Positions 46,607 to 56,216 of a DNA stretch of 64,000 nt are shown piece by piece (position 1 is the stretch's first letter; each line of letters begins with the position of its first letter). Location: positions 48,923 through 112,922 of the IMG/VR virus record IMGVR_UViG_3300009161_000003; one strand, written 5' to 3'. The notes under the pieces were generated by a model. It was not told the DNA's origin, made no database searches, and was given only the letters and a program-made list of their open reading frames with translations. Both the position numbers and the translations under genes were made by a program. This stretch comes from a virus.

Positions 46607-47760
46607 TACAATACTCCGATTTTAACTCTGGAATCCGATATATATTTTGAAAGAATTTTATCAACTAAAAGATTTCCAGTACCATCTAATATTGATTTAT
46701 GAAACTGAAGTTTAAATTGATCTGTATTATAAGTAGTAACATATCTCTTGTAGTAATCAAGTTTGCCACAACGAATGTCATCTATTAACATTAATGTTGC
46801 TTCTTTAATATCAAGTGGTACTACCTTATATCCCGTTTCTAAAACAAAAGTAAAGTCTGATTGGTTATCAAAAGAGTTACCGTAACCAATTGGTCCAAGC
46901 CAATCTGATTGAGCAGTTGGCAAAAACAATGGAGCCTGCTCTGATCTATTATACTCTTCTCCTGGTATATCTTTAATAATTGCAGTACCATTATCACTTA
47001 ACTTATAGGTAATTCCAAAAATTGCAGGAGTTGCTAAACTGCTGTCATACCAGAGGATATTATCTTGATACACTTTTAAAACTTTGTGACTTTTATAATT
47101 TATTGGAACATAGTCAGTTCCAAGTCCTACGTGCTCGGTTGTTTTCTTTTTATAATAAAATCCTTCTTGGAGAACTGCATCAATAATAGATCTGGCTAAA
47201 AATTCTTGTTTTTTATATTCTGCTATTTCTGTCGCTGTGCTGGCTAGAGAATTTGGATCTACATATGGTCTTTTAATCTCAAGTGCATCTTCTACTACAA
47301 TGTCTCCTGAAACTTTTGCAACTCTTCCAACTGGAGAAACTGCTGCTGCAACAACGTTCGTTGCTGTTTTTGCGTAAGATATAGTCGTAGATGTTTTTGC
47401 AGTAATTGTTTGTGTACCATTAAAAGTTTGACTAACTCCAGTTACAATAACTGAGTCTCCAACAACAAAAGGGTGGGCAGCCGATGTTGTTAATGTGGCA
47501 ACATTTGAAGTCAATGATCTGTTTGTTATAGAAGCAAAGTCAATTTCTTTAATAGATAAAGGATAAACTTTGTCGTACATATGCCATTCGTCAGTTTCAA
47601 AAGTATAATTTATTTTTTTGCCTGTGGTTGATGTAAGTCTTTTTTCTAAAAGAATTTCTTTTGTATCTTCTTCTTCAATAATTAGATCATATACTGCAGA
47701 TGCTGCTGGAACGTCATAGGAGATGCTTAATGGATATGGTGGAAGTCTCAGTACTTGCAT
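46606..47760 (-). CDS. Head-tail adaptor protein with an inserted Thr-rich beta domain
   Basis: C-terminal GY..VP.DIKEA...L...VDKIL.KY adaptor motif; downstream of the capsid gene. Confidence 0.6.
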   Translation of the reverse strand: MQVLRLPPYPLSISYDVPAASAVYDLIIEEEDTKEILLEKRLTSTTGKKINYTFETDEWHMYDKVYPLSIKEIDFASITNRSLTSNVATLTTSAAHPFVVGDSVIVTGVSQTFNGTQTITAKTSTTISYAKTATNVVAAAVSPVGRVAKVSGDIVVEDALEIKRPYVDPNSLASTATEIAEYKKQEFLARSIIDAVLQEGFYYKKKTTEHVGLGTDYVPINYKSHKVLKVYQDNILWYDSSLATPAIFGITYKLSDNGTAIIKDIPGEEYNRSEQAPLFLPTAQSDWLGPIGYGNSFDNQSDFTFVLETGYKVVPLDIKEATLMLIDDIRCGKLDYYKRYVTTYNTDQFKLQFHKSILDGTGNLLVDKILSKYISDSRVKIGVL

Positions 47761-47984
47761 TATTTAATACCGTAGTGCTTTGCAAGTTCTAAAGCGCTAG
47801 CCTCTCTAACTGATTTATGTTGTAGGTATATATCAATAAATTCTGTTTTAACAATATTATAGCCTTGATCTATGTGTCCATATTTATCAAAATAAAGGTT
47901 TTTATCAGAGTAGATTACTGCCTGACTGTTTTGTTCTTTTACTTCAACAATCTTTTCTGGTGTTGTTTTTTTTACAGTTGACAT
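47760..47984 (-). CDS. Small hypothetical protein (head region)
   Basis: 74-aa ORF with SD and its own TGATATAAT promoter at 48003-48011. Confidence 0.6.
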   Translation of the reverse strand: MSTVKKTTPEKIVEVKEQNSQAVIYSDKNLYFDKYGHIDQGYNIVKTEFIDIYLQHKSVREASALELAKHYGIK

Positions 47985-48020
47985 TTTACTCCCTTTGTTC
48001 TTATTATATCAGGTTTAATT

Positions 48021-48053
48021 AAAAAGGGCAGAGAACGAATCCCCTGCCCTAAA
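48021..48053 (-). terminator. Rho-independent terminator after the capsid gene
   Basis: AGGGCAG-GGGATTCGTTCT-CTGCCCT-TTTT on the minus strand. Confidence 0.8.
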
Positions 48054-48067
48054 TAATTGCTTAATGA

Positions 48068-49189
48068 TTAGGAAGCAGCAATGTCCTTATAGGCAATTGC
48101 GTCTTCTTCTTCAATTTGAACACCAAAACGTACGAATACGGTGTATTCAATTGTATCTTTCTTTGGAACATATTGACGATTGACGGTAATATCCCGTTGG
48201 AATCCCCAAATACGGTTCTGTGGGAAAGTAAGATCGACATAATCTTCTGGATAGTAAGGAACTTCCATTACGTCAACGCCAAGTACACGAGTGGTACGGG
48301 CTCCTCCGAATGTCTGTCCTACACCATCAAGATAGTCTTGACGATTTGCTTGTGTGCTACCGTTACGGCTTGAGAAAGCCTCAGAGATAGCATCTGCAAG
48401 GGTACCGTTATTTTTAACGATACTTTGGAATACGTCTGTACCTGCATAGAACTTAAGATTGTTCTTAAGTGCACGATACTTACGTGGCATTGCATTGATA
48501 ATGCCTTGCATAACTGGAGTTGTCCAGTTATCTGATACAACTGCTGGGAGAACTGCATCGTGTGCTTGTCCCGCTCCAGTTCCTGTTACAATTTTTTTCT
48601 TAAAGCCTTCCATAATAGAAAGGAATGATCCTGTTGAACCATCTCCGTTAATAGCCAAATCTTCGATATCATTACCGAATGCGTTGGTCATCAAACGAAC
48701 AAGATGATCTTCAAGAGCAGCACCTTCAATATTATCTTCTAGACCTTCTGATGTAACTTCCCAATCAAGACGAATCTTTTTGGTTGTTAATTCTACTTTA
48801 GAAAAAGTAGCACCAGCGTTTGTATATGCACCACTGCCTTGAGCAGCAGCACGAATTACACGCTCACCAACGTTAACTTTTTCAAGTTCCATTGTATTTG
48901 CTCGCATTGTAACTCTACGTCCATCTTTTGCAAGAACAGTTGCATCCCAAACATAGTCAATAAATTGACGAGCCTGCTCAGGTCGTAGAATTCCACTACC
49001 TGCTGCACCCGAAGGATTTACAGCGTTTGGTCCAGTTGTGACTCCGGAAAGAGCAGTAGGAATATTTCCTAAAACTCCTGATGCTGGAGTTGATACTCCA
49101 CCAATTCCACCAGAGGCGAATCCACCTTCAGCGTTATAAGCGCCTACAACGGAGTTTCCTGGTTGGTTTTTAATAATTTCTTCTGACAT
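48068..49189 (-). CDS. Major capsid protein (HK97 fold)
   Basis: G.LRPEQA..FID, LTTKKIRL.WE...E.LEDNIEG and FGND.EDLAINGD motifs; GGAGG SD; follows the protease and precedes a terminator. Confidence 0.9.
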   Translation of the reverse strand: MSEEIIKNQPGNSVVGAYNAEGGFASGGIGGVSTPASGVLGNIPTALSGVTTGPNAVNPSGAAGSGILRPEQARQFIDYVWDATVLAKDGRRVTMRANTMELEKVNVGERVIRAAAQGSGAYTNAGATFSKVELTTKKIRLDWEVTSEGLEDNIEGAALEDHLVRLMTNAFGNDIEDLAINGDGSTGSFLSIMEGFKKKIVTGTGAGQAHDAVLPAVVSDNWTTPVMQGIINAMPRKYRALKNNLKFYAGTDVFQSIVKNNGTLADAISEAFSSRNGSTQANRQDYLDGVGQTFGGARTTRVLGVDVMEVPYYPEDYVDLTFPQNRIWGFQRDITVNRQYVPKKDTIEYTVFVRFGVQIEEEDAIAYKDIAAS

Positions 49190-49212
49190 ATTGTTCACCT
49201 CCAAGTGAATTT

Positions 49213-50511
49213 CTACTTAAACAGGTCGGAGTCTGTGAGGAACCGTCCGCCCCATATTGACTTTTGAACCATTTCTGGTTCCTGAATAATCTCACCGAGA
49301 TCACCAGACTTGCGGAAAGCGGTGTCTTGCTCTACAGCATCGACTCTCTTTCCAAATACATCGTAAGTATCCTTAACTTCTTTAACCTCACCGGAAATGT
49401 TTTGGATTGACTTACTTAGATCAGCAATTTGAGTCTGTAGGTTGAGTACAGTCTCTTCGTTTAATGATTTAACCATTGCTGTTAGATCGCCAAAGGCATT
49501 AGCAAGAGTATTCTTGATTTCAGCAATTGCGTCAACTGTAGCGTCATCAGACTTAGCGATCTCTTCTGTTTTTTCAACAGTCTCGACAACTTCTTCTGAT
49601 TTAACAATCTCAGTTTCAACAACTGCTTCATTTGTTTCAACTGCAACAGTTTCTGCAACTTCAGCATCTACGCTTTTAGTTACAACTGTCTCAGTTGCCT
49701 CTGGTACGACCTCAACATTATCAACAACGTTTGTTGTCTCTTCTGTCATAGGACTTACCTCCTTTTGCATCTTAATTGCACTAATGCCTTTTGCACTATC
49801 AACTAAGAACTTTATCATTTTATCTTTGTCTGTATCAGACTTTTCAACAAAACCTATATTTTTCATTTGACTTCCGCTTGTAGGACTTAATTCAAAATCA
49901 TTTTCTGAAATCATAATTAATCCAGATTCTTTATCCCAAAAAACATTTTCTACGGCTAAGTCGGCGATGTCGCCTTTCATAATATTTACACCATTAACCT
50001 TTTCAATTGATACAACACTGGCAAATTGATTTGCTGGACTATCAACAAGAGATAGTTCAAATAAATCATAATCTTTAATAATTCTAATTGGGCGATCTAC
50101 TTTTTCATCATATCCATCGTCCCATTTATTCATAATTCCACCAATTGAAAATCCAGAAAGGGTACCGTCTAAAACCTTTTCCCAAGTGTTTTGTGCTCCT
50201 TTTGAAACATAAGCAGAAACAAAAACTCCTGAATAAAACTTCTTTGAGTCGGCATCGAAGTATTTATCTTCTTTAAATGAAACCATTTTACCAACTGCAG
50301 ATGGTTGATGCATTTCTCTTATGTTTCCTTTAAACGCAGCAAATGCTTTTATGCTTGCATCGCTTGTTACAATGTCATTTTGTTTGTCTAAATTATCAAG
50401 AGTTGCAAATCCCGAAACAATTCTGCGCTCTTGATCAATCTTTGAGATTGGCATAGACAATCTAAGATTGTTGCCATCCGATTTCCAATGCGCTTTATTA
50501 ATGATATCCAT
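49213..50511 (-). CDS. Prohead protease fused to acidic scaffold domain
   Basis: IREMH (His), GFSIGG (Ser) and ELSLVDSPAN motifs; Glu/Val/Thr-rich C-half. Confidence 0.88.
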   Translation of the reverse strand: MDIINKAHWKSDGNNLRLSMPISKIDQERRIVSGFATLDNLDKQNDIVTSDASIKAFAAFKGNIREMHQPSAVGKMVSFKEDKYFDADSKKFYSGVFVSAYVSKGAQNTWEKVLDGTLSGFSIGGIMNKWDDGYDEKVDRPIRIIKDYDLFELSLVDSPANQFASVVSIEKVNGVNIMKGDIADLAVENVFWDKESGLIMISENDFELSPTSGSQMKNIGFVEKSDTDKDKMIKFLVDSAKGISAIKMQKEVSPMTEETTNVVDNVEVVPEATETVVTKSVDAEVAETVAVETNEAVVETEIVKSEEVVETVEKTEEIAKSDDATVDAIAEIKNTLANAFGDLTAMVKSLNEETVLNLQTQIADLSKSIQNISGEVKEVKDTYDVFGKRVDAVEQDTAFRKSGDLGEIIQEPEMVQKSIWGGRFLTDSDLFK

Positions 50512-50548
50512 ATCCTTACTATTATACCAACTATTTTAATACTTTTTA

Positions 50549-52156
50549 TTACTGAGAGGATCTGCCTTCGCCTTGTGCATTTCTTCCAGCAATTGTGGAT
50601 GGGCTATCAGAGTTATTGTTTGCTCTTTGTGAATCTCTTTCTCTGTTTCCTGCTAAGTTTGCTCTAGCATCTGTTGCCTGTCTTGGAGTCATTTCAAATG
50701 GAGTGTCTCCATCTTTAATCATTGGTAATCCAAGTTTTTCTCTTGCTTCATTTGGCATCATTACTTGAGTTTTTACATACCGTTCAAGAATTTGAGACTG
50801 AGAAATTTCATCAGTAAGCGTAAGTTCGTTAAATTTAAGTTCAAGAATATCGGTCTTTTCACGAACAATTTTGTTAATTAGTTTTGATATTTCGTTCTGT
50901 GCTGGACGAGAAACTTGTTCTTTAAATGTACGATCTTGTGCAAGTGCATTAGCAATTGATCCAGAATCTCCCCCACCTAATTTAGACAATGGAACTTGAT
51001 GGGCCACTAGAATATCATTTCTATTTTGAAGTCTGTATTCTTTAAAAGATCCTTCTTGAACGCCATTTTCAATTGGCTTCATGTCAAACTCAACCTTACT
51101 ATTTTCAGTATCTCCTGGAAGCGGAATATACAAAGTTCTGTGAGACTGGCCCTTTAATCCAGTTTGTAAGAATCTAAACATTTTGTCTTCTGCATCTGGA
51201 CTTAACTTGGCACCTTTAAGTGTAATGATATATCTTGGAACTGCCTTGTTCTCAAAGTAATCAATATTGTAGTTTGATGCAAGTTGATCACCAATAAGTG
51301 AAGAAAGGGCTGAAATAATATCTGGAACTCCATAAAAAGTATTTAATGGAGAGTATTGTTTAAAATGAATAACCTCATTTGGTCTTGTGTCTGTTGTTAC
51401 TGGGTTTTGATTCTTTGCCCCAAAATTTCTAAAGTATGTAACTGCTGGCTGGATAATCTGAACATATCCGTCATTTAATCTGCGAACACGCATTGTTGTT
51501 GATGGAATGTGACCAATGTAACCAATTTCTCCTGTTACTTTACGACCAACTTCCATGTATCCGTTTCCAGTTGCCTGAACGTCTACATAAATTTTTTCCA
51601 TAATTTTTGTAAAACTATCATCATCATTAAGATTTTCTAACCAATCACGCATTTCAATCTTTGCTCTTTCAATTCTTTTGCGAGCACGGCCAAGAGAATT
51701 TTCGTCCTCAACGTTTTCAAGTTTTAGCATGGTACGTGAAGAAACAACAAAATCATAGCCAAGACCAACAACGTTTTCTACTTTAGCGTCAATTGCTGCG
51801 TGGTTTGCAAAAGATGTATCATAAAAATTTGCTAATTCATAAAGGTTGTAAGGAGGTGTAATTACATCAAAAAGTCCATAACCATTTCTAACTGCTGTTC
51901 CTGGATTTATGGCTTTTGATTTTGTATTGTCTGTTCCAGACTGAACCGCATTTGCGCTATCTAAATATGCGGTGTTTGGATCTATTGCTTTGCCAATAGT
52001 ACGAGCAACACGTCTTTTAAAGTTTTGATCAAGATTGTTTAAATTTTTAATAAAATCCCAGTTTTTATTAAAAGGATCGTTCTTTTTAAATTCATCATCT
52101 TTGTCTGCAAGATTGTCAATACTTGCACCAATGTAGTACTCTTCTTCATCAATCAT
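50549..52156 (-). CDS. Portal protein
   Basis: TGNGY.EV, EVIHFK, FYGVPD, YFEN.AVP and M.PNEAREKLGLP motifs. Confidence 0.92.
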   Translation of the reverse strand: MIDEEEYYIGASIDNLADKDDEFKKNDPFNKNWDFIKNLNNLDQNFKRRVARTIGKAIDPNTAYLDSANAVQSGTDNTKSKAINPGTAVRNGYGLFDVITPPYNLYELANFYDTSFANHAAIDAKVENVVGLGYDFVVSSRTMLKLENVEDENSLGRARKRIERAKIEMRDWLENLNDDDSFTKIMEKIYVDVQATGNGYMEVGRKVTGEIGYIGHIPSTTMRVRRLNDGYVQIIQPAVTYFRNFGAKNQNPVTTDTRPNEVIHFKQYSPLNTFYGVPDIISALSSLIGDQLASNYNIDYFENKAVPRYIITLKGAKLSPDAEDKMFRFLQTGLKGQSHRTLYIPLPGDTENSKVEFDMKPIENGVQEGSFKEYRLQNRNDILVAHQVPLSKLGGGDSGSIANALAQDRTFKEQVSRPAQNEISKLINKIVREKTDILELKFNELTLTDEISQSQILERYVKTQVMMPNEAREKLGLPMIKDGDTPFEMTPRQATDARANLAGNRERDSQRANNNSDSPSTIAGRNAQGEGRSSQ

Positions 52157-52517
52157 CAGAACCATGCTCCTTTATTGTTTGTTGTGCTGCATGAACTGCG
52201 CCCAAATCATTCATATTAGGAATGAGTCCTTCTTTCATTCTAGAAATTTGCTCAGAGTATTCCATCTCACTTACACGATTTACTCCAGGATGAAAAACTG
52301 GTTTTCCTTCTGGCTGACCCCAATATTCTGCTGCTTTGCGTAATTCCATAATCTTTTCAAGATCACCTTTACGTGCAGGAATGTTTAAAAGGTTTCCGTG
52401 ACCATCTCCAAAAACCTTGCCATTGGGTTTTTCCCAAAAATATAAACCCCAGTCATACTGTTTTTCAAGTACTTTAATCTTAGATTTACCAACTTCTCCT
52501 GGTTTTTTCTCTCTCAT
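52149..52517 (-). CDS. Conserved hypothetical protein upstream of the portal
   Basis: About 122 aa; TGGTATACT 7 nt upstream of the ATG at 52517. Confidence 0.65.
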   Translation of the reverse strand: MREKKPGEVGKSKIKVLEKQYDWGLYFWEKPNGKVFGDGHGNLLNIPARKGDLEKIMELRKAAEYWGQPEGKPVFHPGVNRVSEMEYSEQISRMKEGLIPNMNDLGAVHAAQQTIKEHGSDD

Positions 52518-52535
52518 AACCATTAGTATACCATA

Positions 52536-55500
52536 TTATGCTGGAGGTAATACAGAACTTTGCCAAATAGCGTCTTTAATTACAGAAACCTCATCTGTTT
52601 CTATGTAAATTCCTTCATTATCATCTATAATAATTTTATTTGTTCCAGTATAGTTGTTATAAACCTCACCAGCATTAACAATATACCTACTGTCCCTTCT
52701 TTTAACTAAAACGTTATTCCAATCTGCAATTGCAAAAGCACTTGTAATATTGTCCCAATATCCCCAACTTTCTTCCTCAACCTCTTCCCAAGACCTGTAA
52801 ACGTTGGACAATTCCAACTGTGATCTTGTTCCTTTATAAAAAGAAATATTGTTAAATGTCATAAGATTTCTTAAATTAATCTTTCCATTAAAAGTATTAA
52901 AGTTTAAGTTTGTTGGAAAAGACATGCCTAAAACTGTCCATCTCTGAATACTAAGCGTTGGATCAGAAACATACAATCCGTCTACATAATAATCAATTAA
53001 ATTATAAGGAAGGTTGTCAGATTTTGTTTTTGCAAAAATTCTTCCTCTATCTGCATTTGATGAGTTAGCCTGAATATAAAATTGTAAAGTATCAACAGCA
53101 TTTTCTATTTCAAATATTAAAACTGGGTTTTGTGGAAAACCCCATAAATCTAATCTTAAAAATAATTGCATTGCACTTATAGAAAAAAGATCTATTTCTG
53201 TTGGATTAACATCAATAGATATTCCACGATATAAGTTAGTTGTTCCTCCTATTAATTCAATACCGCTTTTTCTTGTTAGGTAAAGATATGGTGCACTTTC
53301 TTTGTCAATTAAGTATGAGTTTTGAGCCTTGTAATCATACAATTCTGTTGATCCAGATTCTTGCTCTAAAACATACGGCTCTATATCTATTGCGTATCTA
53401 GTTGTTATTGGATTAGGAACTGTTGCATTAAAAGTTTTTGCAGCAAGTTCTAATTTTCTTAAAGAAACTTGATTGTGTAAAATGCCAAAAACTTTAAAGG
53501 TTAAAAGATAAACTATTGCAAGATTATTAAAGTCAACTGTTTTTGATGGATAGATTAAGTAGTTGTCAACAATTTCAAACCTTTTTGTTTCCCAATTTGC
53601 TTCTTCATTTAAATCAAGAATTTTATTTTTAAGTGCTGGCATTGTTGTTGTGTATTCAAAATCTGTTTGTGTAACATTTTCTAAAATATTTTGAAAAGTA
53701 ACAAATGCTCTTACGTTAGAATTATCTGTATTAATTGACTCACTATTATCTATCCAATATCCAGACTCTTCTCCACTTTCTTCATCTTGAACTTCTGATG
53801 GTGATGGATAGTCAAGATTAAATTGAATAAAATCAATGTCTAAAACTGTTTCTTCTAAAATATTTAAAGAGTTTTTTGCAAGGGACGACAATGGAGTATA
53901 AGATTCCCAATAACCAAATGTTGCAATATCAATAAAAAATCCACCATAGTCTTCAAAAGAAAACAGGCTATAACTTCCAACATGATCAATAAAATTAGCA
54001 TTTGCAACTGCAGTTCCGTCTTCTTCAAAATAAGTGCTTATTGTATTTGTATGTTTAAAAGTATTTAAAGATACTTTATAAATATTGCCAGTAAACATAT
54101 TTGATGCATTAGGCCTACTTCCAACATATAACTTTAATGACGATGGGTTTGAAAAAAATTGAGATAATCCATCTACTAGACTTTCTTCAAGTAACTTTGA
54201 TATTTGAATTCCCGCAGAAAAAATTCCTGTTGGACAGGCTACTGTTTTAATAACTACTGATGGATCTCCTGGAGCAAGATTGTGTCTAAATAAATATTTT
54301 AAATTTCCTGATTCTCTTTCAATACTAAAACTGCTACTTTCTTTTTGTAAAAACAATAAAGTTCCATTTGTATTTTCTGTAACTTTAAAAGTTCCAACAA
54401 TTGAATCTAAAGAGTTAGAAAGAAAGGAAAGGTTTTCAAAATAAACATAAGAATTGCCAGTCCATTGATTGGATGGTTTTAAAGTAAAAAATTTATTTGT
54501 TTCATTTTGAATTAATTTATTATCGGCTTCTAATTCTCTGATAGTCTTTGTTCCAGAAGATCCAGTTAGAACAAAGTTGGGCAGGCTATAGTTTGGTGTT
54601 TTTAATCTTACAACATCTGGAATTAGTGTATCTGCTGATCCAGAACTCCAGGCTCTAGTGGTTGGAAAAGTAACGTTGTTACTATAATTTGCAAAAGAAT
54701 AATCTATTTCTGCAGTAGAACCCCCATAATATGAATCTATAATCTGTGGTGTTCTTGGAACTCCCTGACCTAAAATATAATGAATTTTTGCAGCATTGTT
54801 TAAAATAGAATAAGGATATATAGCAATACAATCTATTTTAATTTGATCTACAAGAGTTTCATAAGCGTAAATTCCAATCCAATCATTACTCTTGGTAGAG
54901 TATTCAACTGAATATTCAGGTGGGAGGGTCATGGTAGAAGTGTTTATTGAAAGAGTTCCAACATCTTCTCCGTTTACCATAAGTGTTGCTTGATCTCTAA
55001 TAAGTTTAATATGAATAATCATTGGCCTAAACCATTCGCCAACATAATGTGAAACAAAGTTTCCATCAATAGCAAGAGTTAAAAAACAATCTTTTACATA
55101 TAAACCATCTGTTGATGATATTGGACCTAAAATTCTTTTTGCATCTACTGTGTTTGCATCTGCTTGTAACCAAAATTCTAAAGTATAATTATTGTTTCTT
55201 CCAGATTCATTTAAAAATCCATATCCTGGAAAAATAAATGATGGTTTAGTATTAATAATTAAATCTTGTTCTTCTGTAAAAAATTTAACATCTGTCCATG
55301 ATTCTTGTTGATCTTCCCAATAACTCCAACTTTCATCTTGAACTTGATCCCAGGTTCTATAATCAATTACCTCTGAGTGTGGAATTATTTCAACAGCCCT
55401 AGCAGAACCATAGACAAGGGGAACACCAAAATTTTTGGCAGTTAAAGAATTATGTTCTACAACATAATATCCTTTTTCTGCATTAAGTCCATAAGCATCT

Positions 55501-56183
55501 GCATCAAGAACTGCTTCCAATGACAAATTTATGTTAGTTGGAAAAGTTCCTTTTGTTTGACCCAATGATGTTGCATTAAACTCTTCGCTATGTTGACCTA
55601 TAGCAATACCATTAAATTGAACATCATAATCTCCTGCGGACCCTCCATTAGAAGATATAATTTTAAAAACAATTTTAAACTCTGCATTAATATTTTTTGG
55701 AAATGTAAATGTTTTTGAAATTGGAATCCAGCCATTTAATTCAATATCTGTAATAGTTTCAAATACTGAAGTTACTACTGCTGGATTTCCACTTGAGTAT
55801 TCATATCCAATAGCAATAGATTGAATCTTTGAGGTTTTTGCATAATAGTATGTGCTTATAGCAAAAGTTTGCAGTGGAGCATTTAACTCTTGAAAGTTTA
55901 TTAAATTTGCACTTTTTAAATAAGAGGTTACTGCTGCACCAGTAGGAGTTGTTGGAACAAAAACCTTACGATGACTATTTGTAAAAGGCTCTGTTTGCTC
56001 TATAAAATTTTCTACTGGAACTGATCCTGATGTGACTGTTCCGTTTGTTAGAGTCCAAGTACTGATATTTCTTTGTACTTCTGATATTAAAGATATGTAA
56101 TCTGCTGAATCATCTAATGGCCAAATTGCAAGCGGATGCTCGGCAAAAATTTTCTCGGCATATAAATTAGAAGCAGTAGTCAT
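52536..56183 (-). CDS. Large putative virion protein with LamG/ConA-like domains
   Basis: P.AIWPLDD N-terminus; YTLEFW, L.VNGE and LYVG LamG-like motifs; 1215 aa. Confidence 0.55.
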   Translation of the reverse strand: MTTASNLYAEKIFAEHPLAIWPLDDSADYISLISEVQRNISTWTLTNGTVTSGSVPVENFIEQTEPFTNSHRKVFVPTTPTGAAVTSYLKSANLINFQELNAPLQTFAISTYYYAKTSKIQSIAIGYEYSSGNPAVVTSVFETITDIELNGWIPISKTFTFPKNINAEFKIVFKIISSNGGSAGDYDVQFNGIAIGQHSEEFNATSLGQTKGTFPTNINLSLEAVLDADAYGLNAEKGYYVVEHNSLTAKNFGVPLVYGSARAVEIIPHSEVIDYRTWDQVQDESWSYWEDQQESWTDVKFFTEEQDLIINTKPSFIFPGYGFLNESGRNNNYTLEFWLQADANTVDAKRILGPISSTDGLYVKDCFLTLAIDGNFVSHYVGEWFRPMIIHIKLIRDQATLMVNGEDVGTLSINTSTMTLPPEYSVEYSTKSNDWIGIYAYETLVDQIKIDCIAIYPYSILNNAAKIHYILGQGVPRTPQIIDSYYGGSTAEIDYSFANYSNNVTFPTTRAWSSGSADTLIPDVVRLKTPNYSLPNFVLTGSSGTKTIRELEADNKLIQNETNKFFTLKPSNQWTGNSYVYFENLSFLSNSLDSIVGTFKVTENTNGTLLFLQKESSSFSIERESGNLKYLFRHNLAPGDPSVVIKTVACPTGIFSAGIQISKLLEESLVDGLSQFFSNPSSLKLYVGSRPNASNMFTGNIYKVSLNTFKHTNTISTYFEEDGTAVANANFIDHVGSYSLFSFEDYGGFFIDIATFGYWESYTPLSSLAKNSLNILEETVLDIDFIQFNLDYPSPSEVQDEESGEESGYWIDNSESINTDNSNVRAFVTFQNILENVTQTDFEYTTTMPALKNKILDLNEEANWETKRFEIVDNYLIYPSKTVDFNNLAIVYLLTFKVFGILHNQVSLRKLELAAKTFNATVPNPITTRYAIDIEPYVLEQESGSTELYDYKAQNSYLIDKESAPYLYLTRKSGIELIGGTTNLYRGISIDVNPTEIDLFSISAMQLFLRLDLWGFPQNPVLIFEIENAVDTLQFYIQANSSNADRGRIFAKTKSDNLPYNLIDYYVDGLYVSDPTLSIQRWTVLGMSFPTNLNFNTFNGKINLRNLMTFNNISFYKGTRSQLELSNVYRSWEEVEEESWGYWDNITSAFAIADWNNVLVKRRDSRYIVNAGEVYNNYTGTNKIIIDDNEGIYIETDEVSVIKDAIWQSSVLPPA

Positions 56184-56216
56184 TATTACTCTATTTTACC
56201 ACACTAAGGCTTAATT

